Origin: Escherichia coli 042
GTDB lineage: Bacteria; Pseudomonadota; Gammaproteobacteria; Enterobacterales; Enterobacteriaceae
Length of the DNA stretch: 64,000 bases
Reading direction: 5' to 3' (one strand)
Assembly: GCF_000027125.1 (NCBI RefSeq)
Contig: NC_017626.1
In this document: positions 18,325 to 27,410 of the stretch, one piece after another
How positions within the stretch are numbered: the first letter of the stretch is position 1
Layout of the letters: every line of letters starts with the position of its first letter
Made by a program: the position numbers and the translations under genes
Notes under the pieces: generated by a model
Told to the model about the DNA's origin: nothing
Seen by the model: only the letters and a program-made list of their open reading frames with translations
Databases searched by the model: none

Positions 18325-19578
18325 TTATTCACTTGCCTGAGTCGCTCTTGTCGCATTTGTTTTTAAATTATTCAGCATTTGCTTATCAACCGGTTGCAGT
18401 TGTTGTCCTAACAGAGCCGCAAGCAAAATATTTGTGTCTTCTGTTCTTTCGATTTGAAGCATTTGTAATCTTAAATCAAGTGCCTGCATTCTTGCCTGCT
18501 CATGCGCAGTTTCTTTTTCATCAGCACTACTGATTTTTACCTGCCAAGCGTCAGCACCTGTTGTATCTGCATAGCGTGAATAGATCTCATATCTTAACAT
18601 TTCCCACTCTGAAGGATTATCCGGGAATGTTGTGCCGGGAAATAAGGTCGCATACTTGTTTTTTACGGAAGCATCTGACCAAGCAAGGTTTGCTCCCTGC
18701 GTAGAGCCCAATGTGGATCCTATTTTGGCCCCTCTGGAGTTCACTGATATATTACTTGCTTTTTTCATTGCCAGTACGGAATCAATGGCGTTTGTTCCAG
18801 CAGTGCTTCTGGAGACAAAGCTCGAAAAGGCCGATAAATATTCTCGACCTTCATTTGTGTCTTCTAATCCTTTGTTCTTCAATGGTTCAACGGGCAAGTT
18901 CCCTATAAGATTTCTTTTTGCCGCTTCAGCAACCTCAATCTGCTCAACAGAATAGGACTGATTCGAAACCTTATTAGACAATGCATCGGATTTAGATAAT
19001 GGTGGTGTAATCAGGCTTGATGCCGACTTATCTTTATCAGGATACTGACCTATAGTATTACACCCACCTCTGTTATATTTCACATCATCTTCGGAGCAAA
19101 CATTTATTGATACTCTGCCCATGATGTTTTTCTTGGCCTCATTTATTCTGGTATTTGCTTGTGTAAACATCTTAACGCTGTTTTCAGATAAAGCCTCTTT
19201 AGCTGAGCTTGTATTCGATCCTGCTGCACCACGACCACCTGCGCTCGTGACTTCTTCACAGGCGTTGGCATCAGGTATTCTGTTTAAGATATTTTTCATG
19301 CGCTGTTCTTGGATTGCCTGACTGGCATTACTGACAACCGCATTCTTCTGATTCTCACTGGCTGTTATGGTTGCTTGTGCCAGCTTGTCGTTCATTGAGA
19401 CTAATGTTTCAATTATTCCATTGCCCATAGATTGGGGTGAAGCCCCCATAAGATACGGTGTCAAAACCTCTTCTGTGACGGGCCAGACAGCGAAAGCTGT
19501 ATTTGTATATAATACAGAAAAACACAAAGCTGAAACCACTGTTATTCTCTTTACTTTAAATTTATTATTACTCATCAC
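18325..19578 (-). CDS. secreted/periplasmic protein, unknown (possibly IcmX/TraW-like partner of the TraY-like protein)
   Basis: 417 aa with signal peptide MMSNNKFKVKRITVVSALCFSVLYTNTAFA|V. It is Cys-containing, Ser/Asn/Ala-rich and has a C-terminal coiled coil. The functional guess rests only on neighbourhood and general features. Confidence 0.6.
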   Translation of the reverse strand: MMSNNKFKVKRITVVSALCFSVLYTNTAFAVWPVTEEVLTPYLMGASPQSMGNGIIETLVSMNDKLAQATITASENQKNAVVSNASQAIQEQRMKNILNRIPDANACEEVTSAGGRGAAGSNTSSAKEALSENSVKMFTQANTRINEAKKNIMGRVSINVCSEDDVKYNRGGCNTIGQYPDKDKSASSLITPPLSKSDALSNKVSNQSYSVEQIEVAEAAKRNLIGNLPVEPLKNKGLEDTNEGREYLSAFSSFVSRSTAGTNAIDSVLAMKKASNISVNSRGAKIGSTLGSTQGANLAWSDASVKNKYATLFPGTTFPDNPSEWEMLRYEIYSRYADTTGADAWQVKISSADEKETAHEQARMQALDLRLQMLQIERTEDTNILLAALLGQQLQPVDKQMLNNLKTNATRATQASE

Positions 19579-19924
19579 AACACTCCTGTTAACTTATTAC
19601 CTTCTTTATTATTTAACCAATTAAATATGAACTGTCAATTTTAACAAAAATATTCATCTGGCATCCAACTTTAAAATTATTATAAAAGAAGCGTATAAAT
19701 CCAACGAAGTAGATTCCATGAACTAGCGTGGTGCTTTTATAGCTTTATCGATGAAGATAGATAGCATGAAATAACTTTACTTTTACGGGAGCATAAAACT
19801 TTATAAAAGTAATGTTTCCATTCAAAAAAGCCGTAGCAATATTTTATTTTAGATGCAGCCATTTCAACTTTGTTTATAAGAAAAAATATAAAGTGAGTTT
19901 CATTGCAGATAATAATCAGTTAGA

Positions 19925-19944
19925 AAGAGGACCGAAGCCCTCTT
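19925..19944 (-). terminator. UUCG-loop hairpin after the TraY-like gene
   Basis: The minus strand reads AGAGGGCttcgGTCCTCTttct, starting about 5 nt after the stop at 19949. Confidence 0.6.
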
Positions 19945-19948
19945 AATA

Positions 19949-22609
19949 TCACATTCCATCATTACCTTCTTTTGATGATGAACTACCACCGGAAGATCCA
20001 CTACCGCTCCCTTTCTCTGGAGCCTTAAAGCTTTCAATTGGTGAAGCTTGGGCCTGTAAACTTACAGGCAGCAACGGTCTGTTATGTTCACCAAACGATA
20101 CCGCTCTGTTAGCAGCCTTTTGAGCTACATTCATATAACCTGCTGCGCCTGCTGTATCACCAATAGCATCTGCTGCCTCAGCTGCATGGTAAGCCGAGTT
20201 AGCACTTTCAAGAGACTGATATTCATCCTGCTGATCAAGTGGGCCAGCATTACTCATATGAGTTCTGAATGCAGATCCCGTATCATTGGCTTTATTAGCC
20301 GCCAGTGCTTTCCCCTGTTGAGCCTGTTGCTGTTGTTGAAGCTCACGTTGCTGTTCACGGTCTTTGTTAATTTGCGCATTCCTGATCTGATTACCCATCG
20401 CATTTGAGGTATGGGAAACCTGATCCAACACGGTTTTGGTAAACATAGCACCTTCAACACCTTTTGATGCCGACTGTGCGTAACCCGACATGCTCTGACC
20501 ACCATGAACACCAAGCCACTTCATAATTTCATCAGGGATGATGTGAATCAGTGAAAGTGATTTCTTCACTACCGTGAACATCATTGCAATATAAACAGCA
20601 ATGAGAGCCAGTGACTCGATGATACCTATCCCGGCATTGGCTGACATCATGCCAAAAGCGCCGGAGAATGTTTCGTTGACGATCCCACCAAGGATAGGGA
20701 GCATCGTATAGGCTGCTATTAATCCTGTTATCATTAGCGCTGGTCGCATGGTTAACGATAAAACCAGACCATAACCAGCGCCACCACGACCCACTACGCC
20801 ATCACCATCTGGATGTAAATGTGTTATTACCCATAATGGTGCTGCGACCATTGCTTCAAGGCACAGGATCATCCAGCCTACGCAAACACCAAACCACATG
20901 ACGTAAGGCAGCATAGGAATGACGACGGCTAAAGTATCGCCAGCTATCCATAAAGGGATAACCAGTGGCATAACAATCCCCATAGCGCCAAATGCACCCG
21001 ATACCCAGCTTGCAGTCGCTGATGTCCATGCGCCAAGACCTGCCCCAACAACAGCAGAACTCCCTAATAACGTCCAGCCAGCGGCACTGATCGTATCCCC
21101 AAGCCCTTTAACAGCTAATAACGGGTTTATTGCCTGTAAATTGGCAGCGGTTGTGTCCGTCGAGAACGAGACGATTTTCCCTTGTTTTCTTCCATTGATA
21201 ACGCTGGAACTGAGAAAACCCGCCATTGCACCAGAAATGCTCTTATTGGCTTCACTTTGAAGAGAAGAAACTATTTTTCCAGCATCATCTGTTTTAGGGC
21301 CTACACCACTTTTACCACTGGTATTGGCTTCCGTTCGGTTTTGCGCATCAATACCATTCGCATATCTTGAAGCTGTCGTTGATTTCGCCATATCTTGAGC
21401 CACTTTTGCCATAATCGCGTTCAGGCTGTTATCGAATATATCTCCGTATTCCATTGTCGCTTGCCCGGCTACAGGAAGATTATGAGCTGCTCCATTAATC
21501 GCATCCTGCACACGGATCAGTTTCATACTCCATGCGCCAGCCATAAACCATCCGTCTTTCTGGACATTCTCTTTGAAATCATCCCACTGGTCGCCAGTGG
21601 AGAAAACTGTTCGTACTGCAGTATCAATAATGGATACATATGAGGCCGTTGCGCTGTTTATTCCGGTCTGAATATCAATATTATTATCGGCCACATACTG
21701 TTCAGCCAGCGTTTTCATACTATTATCAAGGCCGATAAATGCGGCATTGTGTGCCTCAATAACATCTGAAATATTCGTCTTTATATCCTGTGGCATATAA
21801 GCCATATACATGCCGCCAGCAGCAATGGTAGCCTGAGCTTTAGCCTGTTCGTCATAAGAAGCTTTGGCCTTCGGGTCTGTAAGCGTGATGCTTCCACATG
21901 CAGCCTTGGATACCAGTAAATTTTTATTCATATCATTACCGGCATTGCTGGCTCCATAACTGTATGTGTATAAATAGGCACCTTTCTCCGGTGTCATTTC
22001 AAACGCAGGCGTGACGTGCGGGAAGGGATCGGCTGCTGCTGATTTCTTCCATAATTCTCCCGCCTTTAACATACAGACGTTATTGATAAAGGCGGTTTTC
22101 GCTATGCGATCAAGCTCCTGATAAGATGCAGATGTGGTAATAACAGCCCCATCTGAGGGGTTGGATGCATAGGTATTCCAGACGGTATCTGCCAGACCGA
22201 CTCCCTGATTAATCATCCACAGCACCATAACCTGAGCGGCACAGAAACCACCTGCTGCCGGGAGTATCATTGCCGTGCCTAATGCAGTTCTTACGGGCAA
22301 CCACATGGAAGACCATTTCTTACCCAGCATTTCTCCGTCATGTGCCGTTGACATGGTTCCGGCAATCAGTGTGTAGGCAGCTAAAATGCCACCAACCAGT
22401 AAAACAGCGCTGTTAAGGATTGTCATTGTGCTGGCTAAGGGACTTTCCGCTAAATTGTCCGGGAATAAGATATCCAGAAACCACAGCTTTGATTTGTCTG
22501 TCTCCGGGACGGTAAATAAATCTGCGGCATAAGCTGACTGAGTTAATAACAGGCAAGCTAATATTACTAATAATATCGATACTTCTTTTTTCTTTATATT
22601 TATCATCAT
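19949..22609 (-). CDS. DotA/TraY-family type IVB secretion integral membrane protein (orphan)
   Basis: 886 aa with an N-terminal signal/TM. The conserved-looking block is ...TAHDGEMLGKKWSSMWLPVRTALGTAMILPAAGGFCAAQVMVLWMINQGVGLADTVW..., followed by a long periplasmic-like region, then about 6 C-terminal TM segments and a Q-rich/Gly-Ser tail. The pattern matches what I remember of IncI TraY and Legionella DotA. Confidence 0.7.
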   Translation of the reverse strand: MMINIKKKEVSILLVILACLLLTQSAYAADLFTVPETDKSKLWFLDILFPDNLAESPLASTMTILNSAVLLVGGILAAYTLIAGTMSTAHDGEMLGKKWSSMWLPVRTALGTAMILPAAGGFCAAQVMVLWMINQGVGLADTVWNTYASNPSDGAVITTSASYQELDRIAKTAFINNVCMLKAGELWKKSAAADPFPHVTPAFEMTPEKGAYLYTYSYGASNAGNDMNKNLLVSKAACGSITLTDPKAKASYDEQAKAQATIAAGGMYMAYMPQDIKTNISDVIEAHNAAFIGLDNSMKTLAEQYVADNNIDIQTGINSATASYVSIIDTAVRTVFSTGDQWDDFKENVQKDGWFMAGAWSMKLIRVQDAINGAAHNLPVAGQATMEYGDIFDNSLNAIMAKVAQDMAKSTTASRYANGIDAQNRTEANTSGKSGVGPKTDDAGKIVSSLQSEANKSISGAMAGFLSSSVINGRKQGKIVSFSTDTTAANLQAINPLLAVKGLGDTISAAGWTLLGSSAVVGAGLGAWTSATASWVSGAFGAMGIVMPLVIPLWIAGDTLAVVIPMLPYVMWFGVCVGWMILCLEAMVAAPLWVITHLHPDGDGVVGRGGAGYGLVLSLTMRPALMITGLIAAYTMLPILGGIVNETFSGAFGMMSANAGIGIIESLALIAVYIAMMFTVVKKSLSLIHIIPDEIMKWLGVHGGQSMSGYAQSASKGVEGAMFTKTVLDQVSHTSNAMGNQIRNAQINKDREQQRELQQQQQAQQGKALAANKANDTGSAFRTHMSNAGPLDQQDEYQSLESANSAYHAAEAADAIGDTAGAAGYMNVAQKAANRAVSFGEHNRPLLPVSLQAQASPIESFKAPEKGSGSGSSGGSSSSKEGNDGM

Positions 22610-22625
22610 TACATTCCTTTGCCTC

Positions 22626-23150
22626 TTACTTCATTGAATTACTGATGCTGCTCCAGACATCGTTTCCGTTGACTGTTGCTCCCGATCCTGATGAAGAGCC
22701 AGTTCCTGTAGAAACACTTCCATTTGCGATATTCCCAATCACGGGCATATCAATAGAAATGCTTTCGGATATACTTCCGGTCAGTTGACTTACTTTTTCC
22801 CTCGCAATCGAACAGGCTTTACTTATTGCTGCTTCCTTCGTTTTTTTAATTATTGAATCCACAGATGGCAGGCTGATGCCGAGGTTACCCACAGGCCAAG
22901 CGTCCGTACAACCAATCGTCTCAAGTGACTGATTGATGTTATCCATGAAATTCTTCGCTACCGGCTCTAACTGAGCCGCATCCTGCTTCATTGCGTTATA
23001 TTGCGCTTGTTTTAATGATGAGCTGACATCCGGGCTACAGACTGCTGCATTAGCTGTGGTTGCTGAAATTAATATTGTTGCGGGAAGGATTATTTTGAAA
23101 ATGCGGACACAGACATTTGTTCGCCATTTATTTTTATTAAGTTTATTCAT
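22626..23150 (-). CDS. small secreted protein co-transcribed with the TraY-like gene
   Basis: 174 aa with a signal peptide (...ILPATILISATTANA|A), 4 Cys and a Gly/Ser-rich C-terminus. Its stop is 16 nt upstream of the TraY-like start. Confidence 0.6.
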   Translation of the reverse strand: MNKLNKNKWRTNVCVRIFKIILPATILISATTANAAVCSPDVSSSLKQAQYNAMKQDAAQLEPVAKNFMDNINQSLETIGCTDAWPVGNLGISLPSVDSIIKKTKEAAISKACSIAREKVSQLTGSISESISIDMPVIGNIANGSVSTGTGSSSGSGATVNGNDVWSSISNSMK

Positions 23151-23470
23151 TTGATACTCCTTTAATTTATTACATTTTATTCACCATATTTTCTTCTTGT
23201 GATTAAATAAAAATACAATGCCTTATTAATATATATTAAATAAAATAGAATTAATCAAGAGAACGATCATTTAATTTGACAATGACTTTATTTTTGATTA
23301 CTGTTTAAAAGTAAATAAATGATTACTCCAAAAAATTTATTACAATACTCTGAAGAGGCCAGTTTATCTGGCTTCTTTTAATTTAATAAGGATTTCACCT
23401 TCCACATTCCAACGTTTAAAATATGAATATATGTGTATAAAAAGTTCAGAGAAGTCGCGTTAATGGATCA

Positions 23471-24235
23471 CTAAATATTATCCCAATCTAACGGTTCTTC
23501 TGGTGGCACAAGACTTGTGTTCTCTACAGAAGGGATTTCATTTATACTTTCACTCTTCACTAACCCTTGAGACTTTTTAGCCTGCAATCTTGCGATTAAC
23601 AAATCTATCTCATCTTGGTTATTAACTTCTTGTATAACTGCTTCAATTGACCTGTTTTTATCTTTAAGTATGCTATTGCCACCGCCATTGACGACTATGC
23701 TTTCGGGTTGTTCTTCCATTGCTTCTTTCTTTTTTATAATCTCTGATACAAAGCGAGCACGATCACCATTGAAGACAATAGCAGGGTTTATGAAATACCA
23801 GTTTTTCTCATTGGTTTTAGCAATAATACGTTTTTCGATGAGTTCTTTGATACCTCTGTAAAAGATAGATTCAGACAAAACAAAGTGATCTATCTTTTCC
23901 GCAAGAGACATTGCCTTTTTACAGCTCAGGTAGAAATGATCTTTGCCTATCGCATCCTGATATATTCGTAAAAATATGAAAAACACTTTGTATGCTGTTT
24001 TCGTGAGATCAAAATATGCTTTTATCTGAGAGGTATAGAGTTTAATGAACTCTTCTTTATCGACCTCTTGTGTATGCACGATATTGGCGAAGTAGCTTTT
24101 ACCTGTATCTTTCTTTTCGATAAGTTCTGTGCCTCTTGAAACGGTCAGATTTTTCTTTCGTGTTTCAATCTTTAGCTCTGTCTCAAAGCAAAAAGGATTT
24201 AACCCTAAATCTAAGTCAACGTCTATTTCATTCAT
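23471..24235 (-). CDS. RepL-like winged-helix protein (candidate replication initiator/regulator) 1
   Basis: 254 aa. ...FVLSESIFYRGIKELIEKRIIAKTNEKNWYFINPAIVFNGDRARF... resembles the RepL-family pattern (wHTH followed by 'y.iNP...f.G'). A 4-unit iteron array lies 170-250 bp upstream. Confidence 0.55.
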   Translation of the reverse strand: MNEIDVDLDLGLNPFCFETELKIETRKKNLTVSRGTELIEKKDTGKSYFANIVHTQEVDKEEFIKLYTSQIKAYFDLTKTAYKVFFIFLRIYQDAIGKDHFYLSCKKAMSLAEKIDHFVLSESIFYRGIKELIEKRIIAKTNEKNWYFINPAIVFNGDRARFVSEIIKKKEAMEEQPESIVVNGGGNSILKDKNRSIEAVIQEVNNQDEIDLLIARLQAKKSQGLVKSESINEIPSVENTSLVPPEEPLDWDNI

Positions 24236-24401
24236 TTCATTATTACCTCTTGTTGTTTTATTTATAATAAATTAAATACCATGCACAAAAAAGATATCAA
24301 GTTTTTTGCATATTTTTTTGCGAAAATATTTTCAAAATCGCAACTATTCCAGTGACGATACTTTAAAGCACTGTCGTTTTTAAGCTAAAAATGACATAGA
24401 A

Positions 24402-24483
24402 ACTGACTGCAAAGTCAGGAAAGCTCACCGTGCAGTCAGGAATACTGACTATAGAGTCAGGAACACTGACTGTACGGTCAGTC
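24402..24483. repeat. iteron array 1: four tandem 20-21 bp units, each an inverted repeat ACTGAC-N5-AGTCAGGA
   Basis: ACTGACtgcaaAGTCAGGAa / gctcaccgtgcAGTCAGGAat / ACTGACtatagAGTCAGGAac / ACTGACtgtacGGTCAGTCgt. Unit starts are at 24402, 24423, 24443 and 24463. Confidence 0.85.
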
Positions 24484-24949
24484 GTATATTTTCGTTCTAA
24501 GCCTTATGCCGTAAGGGCTACAGGCCGGTTTTTTCTTAATTTAATTTTGCAAGAAGTAAGAGATAATACTTAATAGGATTAAAAGAAACCGGGCGATTTT
24601 TATAATCGCCATACAGGGTTTCAATATTTTAAATGATTAGTTTTTTTGAGTGCAATATTTATTTTTATTGCGAAGCATTTCTTTCTATTTCACTAACATC
24701 TTTTTTTTGAAAATCACCACCATCTATGAGCTGAAGCTCATGTGCTGACGCACGGCTACGCCCTAACTCTGAAATATGTATTTTTATCTTGATGAGGTGT
24801 CTTATTAATATTGATAGTAAAAAGAGGAAAGATCTTTTCCAGATCATTTCATCATAAAAAACAAAATTGATCCTATGTTTGAACATAGCATTACCGCAAT
24901 AACATATAGCATTTTCCCTTAAACGAATAGGAAAATTATATTTTCAGTA

Positions 24950-25023
24950 GCAGCACTTAGTGATTGTTCAAGACAATCACATTGCTGGAACAGGGTTCAT
25001 CCCTGTCAATGATGGATTTATCC
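24950..25023 (+). repeat. twin-hairpin element copy R2
   Basis: gcagcacttagTGATTGTTcaagACAATCAcattgctggAACAGGGttcatCCCTGTcaatgatggatttatcc. It has the same orientation as R1 (9622-9695). Confidence 0.85.
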
Positions 25024-25090
25024 ATAAAGAATTGCGGCGATAGCCGCTATGAAATAAAGGAGAAACAATTTCATCTGTACTCATATATAA

Positions 25091-25128
25091 GCAGTGCTAA
25101 GTGATTGTTTAAAACAATCACTTCGCTG
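25091..25128 (+). repeat. partial copy R3 (first hairpin only)
   Basis: gcagtgctaaGTGATTGTTtaaAACAATCACttcgctg. It shares the gcag-N7 leader, the 9-bp-stem hairpin and the CA(c/t)T(t/c)GCTG tail. It lacks the AACAGGG/CCCTGTT hairpin. Confidence 0.7.
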
Positions 25129-25166
25129 TAATAACATTATAGTAAAAATAAAATAGGTAGCACAAG

Positions 25167-25311
25167 GTGCCATTTTCATAAGGCACAAATGAGTTTCATA
25201 GCAAAACGTTTCTGGATAGATCAATTAAGAAATATTTCAATACAATTCATCCTTCATTGCTGAAAACCTCCAACGCCATTCATAAAACAGCAGGTGCCAT
25301 TCAACAGGCAC
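25167..25311. repeat. two copies of a GGTGCC-N8-10-GGCAC inverted repeat
   Basis: aaGGTGCCattttcataaGGCACaaa (about 25165-25190) and caGGTGCCattcaacaGGCACaca (about 25291-25314). Confidence 0.6.
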
Positions 25312-25391
25312 ACATTCCCTTTTACTATATTAAACTTATTACTATATTACAGCTGTTATTTCTCATATAAAACAACATATTACAGAAAAAA

Positions 25392-25485
25392 GGTTATAGG
25401 TTCCTATAACTATGGTTATCGATATCTATAACTCGGATTATAGTTTACTATAACCATAATTAGCAAAAACTATAACTATAGTTCC
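25392..25485. repeat. iteron array 2: about 8 copies of CTATAAC/GTTATAG with roughly 21-23 bp periodicity
   Basis: aGGTTATAGgttcCTATAACtatGGTTATcgatatCTATAACtcggATTATAGtttaCTATAACcataattagcaaaaaCTATAACTATAGtt. Direct copies start at 25404, 25425, 25448 and 25470. The array lies 200-300 bp upstream of the second RepL-like gene. Confidence 0.8.
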
Positions 25486-25692
25486 GCACTGAAACTAATC
25501 TTTAAAACTGGCGAGCATTCCACTCTCAATAAACTTATTCCAGTCACGAATCAATAACGGCTTCAATTTATCCTGTTCTGTGGATGGTTTTCCACTATAT
25601 TAAAACTTTTTCCACTTATTTTTGACTTTGTTATTGACCATAGTGTTTAATCTGTTATGTATTAATAAAAACAATAACAAAAGGAAAATACA

Positions 25693-26391
25693 ATGACACA
25701 AATAGATTTTCAATCTCTTAGCAGTTTATCCCCCTTTCAGCTAACACAGTATATTGATGATCATCTTTTCACTAATGAACAGAAAGTGCAGATATTCGAA
25801 CATTATCACAGCACACATAAAGACACTACCAATATCTATTCGAGAAAAGAAAACATTAAATCTATTAAAAAAGATGTTGATTATGTCCATATGTTCACAA
25901 AAAACTTCCAGCAACTCGCAGAACTTGATATTTCCAAGAATGAGTTGAAGGTTATCGCAAGGATTTTAAACATCATGGAGTTTGGAAACTGCTTTCATAT
26001 ATCGCAAGCAAAGCTATGCCGCGACTTAGATATTAAAAAATCAAATATGTCTCTTGTCTTTAAAAAGCTCAAAAAGAAAGGGATCATTATTGATAAAGAT
26101 GGAGATCTCTTTATGAACTCCAACATATTTCTTAAGGGACAAGCGCATTCTATCAATGCCAAACAACGCCCTAATGTTAAAAAGGCACAGGGATTTAACG
26201 CTAATAATGAACCAGTATTTGATAATGTTTATACATTTAATCAAACAAATGATTCTGACAATCAACCTACAGAAGGAATGACTACATCTGAGCCACCAAA
26301 AACATCTGATAGCTGTTCTAACAAAGAAACAGATCCAGCACTGACGCTGCAGTATCCTAAAACAGAAGAGCCAGCTTATGATGATGTTTAA
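25693..26391 (+). CDS. RepL-like winged-helix protein (candidate replication initiator/regulator) 2
   Basis: 232 aa. ...ISKNELKVIARILNIMEFGNCFHISQAKLCRDLDIKKSNMSLVFKKLKKKGIIIDKDGDLFMNSNIFLKGQA... shows the same wHTH plus 'mNsNif.kG' pattern. It is divergent from RepL-like 1 across 1.46 kb of repeats. Confidence 0.5.
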   Translation: MTQIDFQSLSSLSPFQLTQYIDDHLFTNEQKVQIFEHYHSTHKDTTNIYSRKENIKSIKKDVDYVHMFTKNFQQLAELDISKNELKVIARILNIMEFGNCFHISQAKLCRDLDIKKSNMSLVFKKLKKKGIIIDKDGDLFMNSNIFLKGQAHSINAKQRPNVKKAQGFNANNEPVFDNVYTFNQTNDSDNQPTEGMTTSEPPKTSDSCSNKETDPALTLQYPKTEEPAYDDV

Positions 26392-26422
26392 TATATAAGC
26401 GAAGAAGCAACATAGTGACTGG

Positions 26423-26689
26423 CTACTGCCAGTCAATGAGATCCTCTGGTGATATCCTATCCTTCTCCATCAATTTGAGGATCTTTTTCATTTTTAACTT
26501 ACGTGCCTTTTTCTCACCAATCTCCTGATAGTATTCTTCCCGCCGTTCCGCTACTACCTTGCGGAACTTCTTCAAGAGTTTGTTCAATGTCTTTATATCA
26601 GTGGTAGCCGCTTCAGCTTGGATTTTTCTATACATATACATAACGTGGAATTCATCAATCATATTAAACCTCTTAGTTTTATCATTCAT
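26423..26689 (-). CDS. truncated H-NS family protein (H-NST-like; oligomerisation domain only)
   Basis: 88 aa from ATG 26689 (SD gaGGGAaatcac). ...IKTLNKLLKKFRKVVAERREEYYQEIGEKKARKLKMKKILKLMEKDRISPEDLI parallels H-NS ...[19 protein letters not shown]...LIADGIDPNELL. There is no [12 protein letters not shown]-binding domain. Confidence 0.65.
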   Translation of the reverse strand: MNDKTKRFNMIDEFHVMYMYRKIQAEAATTDIKTLNKLLKKFRKVVAERREEYYQEIGEKKARKLKMKKILKLMEKDRISPEDLIDWQ

Positions 26690-26731
26690 GTGATTTCCCT
26701 CTTTCGAGGGAATACTCATTACATCTAAATA

Positions 26732-27082
26732 TCAAATAACTGTCATTTTTAGCTTCCAGTAAATCGGATCTTCATTTTCATCCTGATTTATATTTTTTGA
26801 AACAAGTTCAATGATGTGTTCTTGATGCCAATACAAGATTGTGGCTTTTAAATCTCTTCTATTGATATCAGATACATCATTTTTGACAGAGTATTTCTTC
26901 ATCTCACGAGCAATCAAAACGTCATATGTGATGCCTGAAAGGAAACCATCATTCAAAATATCTATTGCTGTTTCAGGATGTTTTTCATAAATACCATATA
27001 TCTCATCACAGTATCCTTGTAAGATGTTAGCAACAAGTTCGTTTTTTGTTTCCTCATAACTATTCAATATAATCTCTTTCAT
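26732..27082 (-). CDS. hypothetical small acidic protein
   Basis: 116-aa ORF in a co-directional array. No family recognised. Confidence 0.5.
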   Translation of the reverse strand: MKEIILNSYEETKNELVANILQGYCDEIYGIYEKHPETAIDILNDGFLSGITYDVLIAREMKKYSVKNDVSDINRRDLKATILYWHQEHIIELVSKNINQDENEDPIYWKLKMTVI

Positions 27083-27121
27083 CTTTAATCCTTTTATTTT
27101 GTTAATGGTTAGTAAAAATAA

Positions 27122-27358
27122 TTAGTTGTTATAACCGATATTGATGATAACGGAGCCATATTCCAAATCTAACTCATCAACTAAATCGTTATTGACATGT
27201 CTATTTAAAGCATCAATCAAGTTCTTATCCCCTATCATTTCTTCTACTGAATACCCACTTAGAGCAACAAATACATCAAAGCTTTCTTGAATAGTATTCA
27301 TTACGTTAGGAGTTCCTTCGCACAGCATACTTACTACTACAGATATTTTATTTGTCAT
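27122..27358 (-). CDS. hypothetical small acidic protein
   Basis: 78-aa ORF with SD aaggaaa upstream. No family recognised. Confidence 0.5.
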   Translation of the reverse strand: MTNKISVVVSMLCEGTPNVMNTIQESFDVFVALSGYSVEEMIGDKNLIDALNRHVNNDLVDELDLEYGSVIINIGYNN

Positions 27359-27385
27359 TTATATTTTCCTTTATTACTAATCTTA

Positions 27386-27399
27386 GCCCCTTGCGGGGC
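27386..27399 (-). other. intercistronic GNRA-loop hairpin
   Basis: The minus strand reads GCCCCgcaaGGGGC followed by UAA. It lies 12 nt after the stop of 27411..27707. The motif TTAGCCCCTT(G/C)CGGGGC is shared with 27755-27772. Confidence 0.6.
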
Positions 27400-27410
27400 A
27401 AAATGGATTC

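Noticed and set aside
24665-24886. 73-aa minus-strand ORF in the origin-like region
   Set aside because: No convincing RBS or motif. It lies among iterons and hairpins where non-coding function is more likely. It cannot be excluded as a small regulatory protein.
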